A stretch of DNA of 10,542 nucleotides, taken from positions 11,686-22,227 of the forward strand of contig CBFIGT010000028.1 of NCBI GenBank assembly GCA_965662175.1. The letters run 5' to 3'. Under the pieces are notes generated by a model. That model did no database searches. It was not told the DNA's origin and worked only from the letters and a program-made list of their open reading frames with translations. Source of the stretch: Arcobacter sp. (GTDB lineage: Bacteria; Campylobacterota; Campylobacteria; Campylobacterales; Arcobacteraceae). Positions 7,897 through 10,542 of this stretch are shown in pieces (position 1 is the stretch's first letter; each line of letters begins with the position of its first letter). Both the position numbers and the translations under genes were made by a program.

Positions 7897-9248
7897 TGAA
7901 AACAGTTGATATAGTTGAAAGAATTGAGGGTGAAGCAAAGTTAAATCTTACTTGGAAAGATGGAAAAGTTATTGATTCAAGAATCGATTTTTTAAACTTT
8001 AGAGGTTTCGAGTTTATATTAAAAGATAAGTCTATTTTAGATGCTTTAATTTATACTCCAAGAATTTGTGGTATTTGTGGACAAGCCCATTTAAAAGCAA
8101 CAGTTGAAGCCATTGAAAACTTATATAAAAATGCAAATATTGAGTTAGAAATATCAAATAAAGCAAAGATACTAAGAGAATTAGGTCTTATTATTGAGAT
8201 AATAGATTCACATATAAAATGGTTTTATATGTTTATTATGCCCGATATTGTTAAGTTATCAAAAAAAGAGTATAAAGGTTATGAGCCTTTAAAAGGTAAT
8301 AAGTGGCTTGAAGCACAAAAAAGTGCAAGTGATACAATAAAAGCCTTAGCTTTGTATGCCGGACAATGGCCACATACTTCATATATGATACCAGGTGGAG
8401 TTATGAGTGACCCAACACTATTAGATATGGTCACATGTGAAAACTATATTGATCAAGCAGTAAAATATTTTGAAAAATCAGTGATTGGACTTGATTTAGA
8501 TTTATTTCTCTCTTTTGACAAGCTTGAAGATAGTTATAAAATATTTGGTAGTCTAAGGGATTTTATAGATATTTCATTTGAAAATGGTTTTGAAAATCTT
8601 GGTAAAAGTTATAATAGACATATAGTATTAGCTGATAGTTTAGCTTTTAAATCAGGTGTGTATAGTAATAAAACTACTCAAAATGTAAATCTTAATGCTA
8701 TATTAGAATCAAGTGATTATACTTTTGATTTAAAAAAAAGTAGTAATAAAAATGCCCATACTTGGTCAAAAAGTGTTACATATAATGAAGAGTTTTTTGA
8801 AACAGGACCTCTCTCTAGGGCAATAATTAAAGAAAGAAAGTTTATTAAGTCTATTCATGAGAAGTATGATGATTCTGTTTTTACTAGAGTTATGGCAAGG
8901 GTTGATGAACTTGGATACTTACTCTTTTATGCAAAAGAGTTAATATCTAAAATTGATATTAGTGAAGCATCATTCATAAAACCTAAAATTGATATAAATA
9001 CTCTTGAAAATGTTAAGGCTAGTTCTGTAATAGAGGCTTGTAGAGGTTCACTATTTCATAATGTAGAGATTAAAAATGGTAAAATCTCTTCTTATGATGT
9101 GATAACTCCAACTGTTTGGAATCTTGGACCGCAAAATAAAAATGAATTGGGTATTGCACAAAAAGCAATTTTGGCTTCTAAAAGTTTGGAAGAGGCTACA
9201 ATTATTCTACGTAGTTTTGATGTATGTTCAGTTTGTACAACTCATTAA
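7896..9248 (+). CDS. hupL: Cytoplasmic group 2 (2d-like) [NiFe]-hydrogenase large subunit (HupL/HuaL type)
   Basis: RIEG and RGFE motifs; L1 PRICGICGQAH; L2 RSFDVCSVCTTH followed directly by stop; EACRG and PTVWN. TAATG overlap with the small subunit. Confidence 0.92.
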   Translation: MKTVDIVERIEGEAKLNLTWKDGKVIDSRIDFLNFRGFEFILKDKSILDALIYTPRICGICGQAHLKATVEAIENLYKNANIELEISNKAKILRELGLIIEIIDSHIKWFYMFIMPDIVKLSKKEYKGYEPLKGNKWLEAQKSASDTIKALALYAGQWPHTSYMIPGGVMSDPTLLDMVTCENYIDQAVKYFEKSVIGLDLDLFLSFDKLEDSYKIFGSLRDFIDISFENGFENLGKSYNRHIVLADSLAFKSGVYSNKTTQNVNLNAILESSDYTFDLKKSSNKNAHTWSKSVTYNEEFFETGPLSRAIIKERKFIKSIHEKYDDSVFTRVMARVDELGYLLFYAKELISKIDISEASFIKPKIDINTLENVKASSVIEACRGSLFHNVEIKNGKISSYDVITPTVWNLGPQNKNELGIAQKAILASKSLEEATIILRSFDVCSVCTTH

Positions 9249-9427
9249 TAAAATATATCTTAAAAAAAGTGTATTTAAGTAACACAATATAAAAAAAACA
9301 ATTATTTTTTAAAATTAACTAAAATCTCATATCTCTTATGCACTATTCAGACTTAAATAAAGCTGAATCCCAAAAATAGGATATCTTTTTAAGATAAGAA
9401 ATTCTAATAAATATTCCTTATATATCA

Positions 9428-9446
9428 TAATGCTACGCTAATGCTA
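9428..9446 (+). promoter_or_regulatory. Direct repeat TAATGCTA-N3-TAATGCTA (possible response-regulator site)
   Basis: Perfect 8-mer repeated with an 11-bp period about 100 nt upstream of the uptake hydrogenase start. Confidence 0.45.
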
Positions 9447-9488
9447 TTTTAGTCAATTTTTCCTATTTTGGATTAAGTTTTGTATAAG

Positions 9489-9516
9489 TTTATAAAAGTT
9501 AAATTACTTTTATAAA
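9489..9516. repeat. Perfect 11-bp inverted repeat in the uptake hydrogenase promoter region
   Basis: TTTATAAAAGT-taaatt-ACTTTTATAAA. Confidence 0.5.
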
Positions 9517-9529
9517 TGAACATTCATTT
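9514..9529. promoter_or_regulatory. Putative TetR operator upstream of the uptake hydrogenase
   Basis: Palindrome AAATGAA-CA-TTCATTT ending 8 nt before the AAGGAGA RBS (9538-9544). Confidence 0.5.
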
Positions 9530-9548
9530 TTAATTTGAAGGAGAACAT

Positions 9549-10542
9549 ATGAGTTACGATTCTCAAGAGATGGTTAAAAAAGTATTTAGCCAAAACTCTT
9601 CAAGAGTGGATACAAATAGAGGTGATGAGTACTACAATTCGCTATTTGAAAAAGCAAAACAAAGATTAGCGAGTTTAAGAAATCAACCAAAATTAAAAGA
9701 GATTGACTTAATGGAAGTAGTTGAGAGTGAGGGAGTTAATAGAAGAGATTTCATGAAGTGGGCTAGTGCTACAACTGCAACACTTATGTTACCTCCTATG
9801 TTTACACCACTTGTAGCTGAAGCCACTGAGCTTATGAATAGAGTTCCTGTTATTTGGATTGAGTTACAAGATTGTGCTGGGAACTCAGAAGCACTTTTAA
9901 GATCTTCAACTCCAACTGTTGATGATTTACTTTTTGATGTATTATCTTTAGAGTTTCATGAAACTATTATGGCTGCATCTGGACATCAAGCAGATGCTCA
10001 ACTAGAAGATGCAATTCACCACTTTAAAGGCAAATATTTACTTTTTGTTGAGGGCGCTATTCCAATGGCCATGAATGGCCAATATGGAACAATTGGAGCT
10101 TCAGGTGAGACTTTTCATGAGCATTTAATGAGACTTTCATCTGATGCAGCTGCAATAGTTGCTGTTGGTTCTTGTGCTACTTATGGTGGAGTTCCAGCAG
10201 CTGCGCCAAATCCTACGGGTGCTGTTGGAGTTATGGATTTAGTTAAGGGTAAACCTGTAATTAATATTCCAGCTTGTCCTGCAAATCCTGCAAATATGGT
10301 TGGGGTTGTATTACATTATGTACTAACAGGTCAAGTTCCTGAATTAGACTCACTATTAAGACCAAAATTTGCATTTGGATATAGAATTCATGATAACTGT
10401 GAAAGAAGAGCTCACTTTGATGCAGGTGAGTATGTTGAAGAGTGGGGAGATATTGGGGCTGAAAATAACTGGTGTTTATATAAAGTTGGTTGTAAAGGTC
10501 CTATGACTTTTAATAACTGTTCAATTATAAGATATAACGATG
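9549..10542 (+). CDS. hyaA: Group 1 periplasmic/membrane-bound uptake [NiFe]-hydrogenase small subunit (HyaA/HydA), partial at the 3' end
   Basis: Not in the ORF track because it has no stop in the window. Hand translation from ATG 9549 (AAGGAGA RBS): MSYDSQEMVKK...GVNRRDFMKW (Tat)...VIWIELQDCAGNSEALLR...VEGAIP...VGSCATYGG...PNPTGA...ACPANP...IHDNCERRAHFDAG...WCLYKVGCKGPMTFNNC. Confidence 0.93.
   Translation, partial: MSYDSQEMVKKVFSQNSSRVDTNRGDEYYNSLFEKAKQRLASLRNQPKLKEIDLMEVVESEGVNRRDFMKWASATTATLMLPPMFTPLVAEATELMNRVPVIWIELQDCAGNSEALLRSSTPTVDDLLFDVLSLEFHETIMAASGHQADAQLEDAIHHFKGKYLLFVEGAIPMAMNGQYGTIGASGETFHEHLMRLSSDAAAIVAVGSCATYGGVPAAAPNPTGAVGVMDLVKGKPVINIPACPANPANMVGVVLHYVLTGQVPELDSLLRPKFAFGYRIHDNCERRAHFDAGEYVEEWGDIGAENNWCLYKVGCKGPMTFNNCSIIRYND

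Noticed and set aside
1..10542. CRISPR arrays, IS or prophage genes, tRNA/rRNA, selenocysteine recoding in the hydrogenases
   Set aside because: No repeat-spacer array, transposase, integrase or structural-RNA signature was seen. The Ni-binding Cys codons are ordinary TGT with no in-frame TGA.

Overview
AT-rich bacterial chromosomal window. Gene content and promoter style suggest Campylobacterota, probably Arcobacteraceae (inference). The left part is housekeeping. A minus-strand operon holds a small CPXCG-type Cys-rich protein, an M23 peptidase and a nucleoside 2-deoxyribosyltransferase cut off by the window edge. It diverges from yebC, which converges on an M48 lipoprotein peptidase. A YiiD-like thioesterase and aconitase B (acnB, with its own promoter and terminator) follow. 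The right part starts a hydrogenase cluster. A TetR regulator overlaps a cytoplasmic group 2 (2d-like) [NiFe]-hydrogenase pair that has no Tat signal and whose large subunit has no cleavable C-terminal extension. A 300-bp spacer dense in repeats then precedes a Tat-exported group 1 uptake hydrogenase small subunit (9549 to window end, absent from the ORF track). The best lead is a possible kinase-free H2/redox-sensing circuit: the TetR has a Cys-x4-Cys motif, the soluble hydrogenase has sensor-like features, and related operator-like palindromes lie upstream of both tetR and the uptake hydrogenase. No mobile elements, CRISPR arrays or RNA genes were seen.
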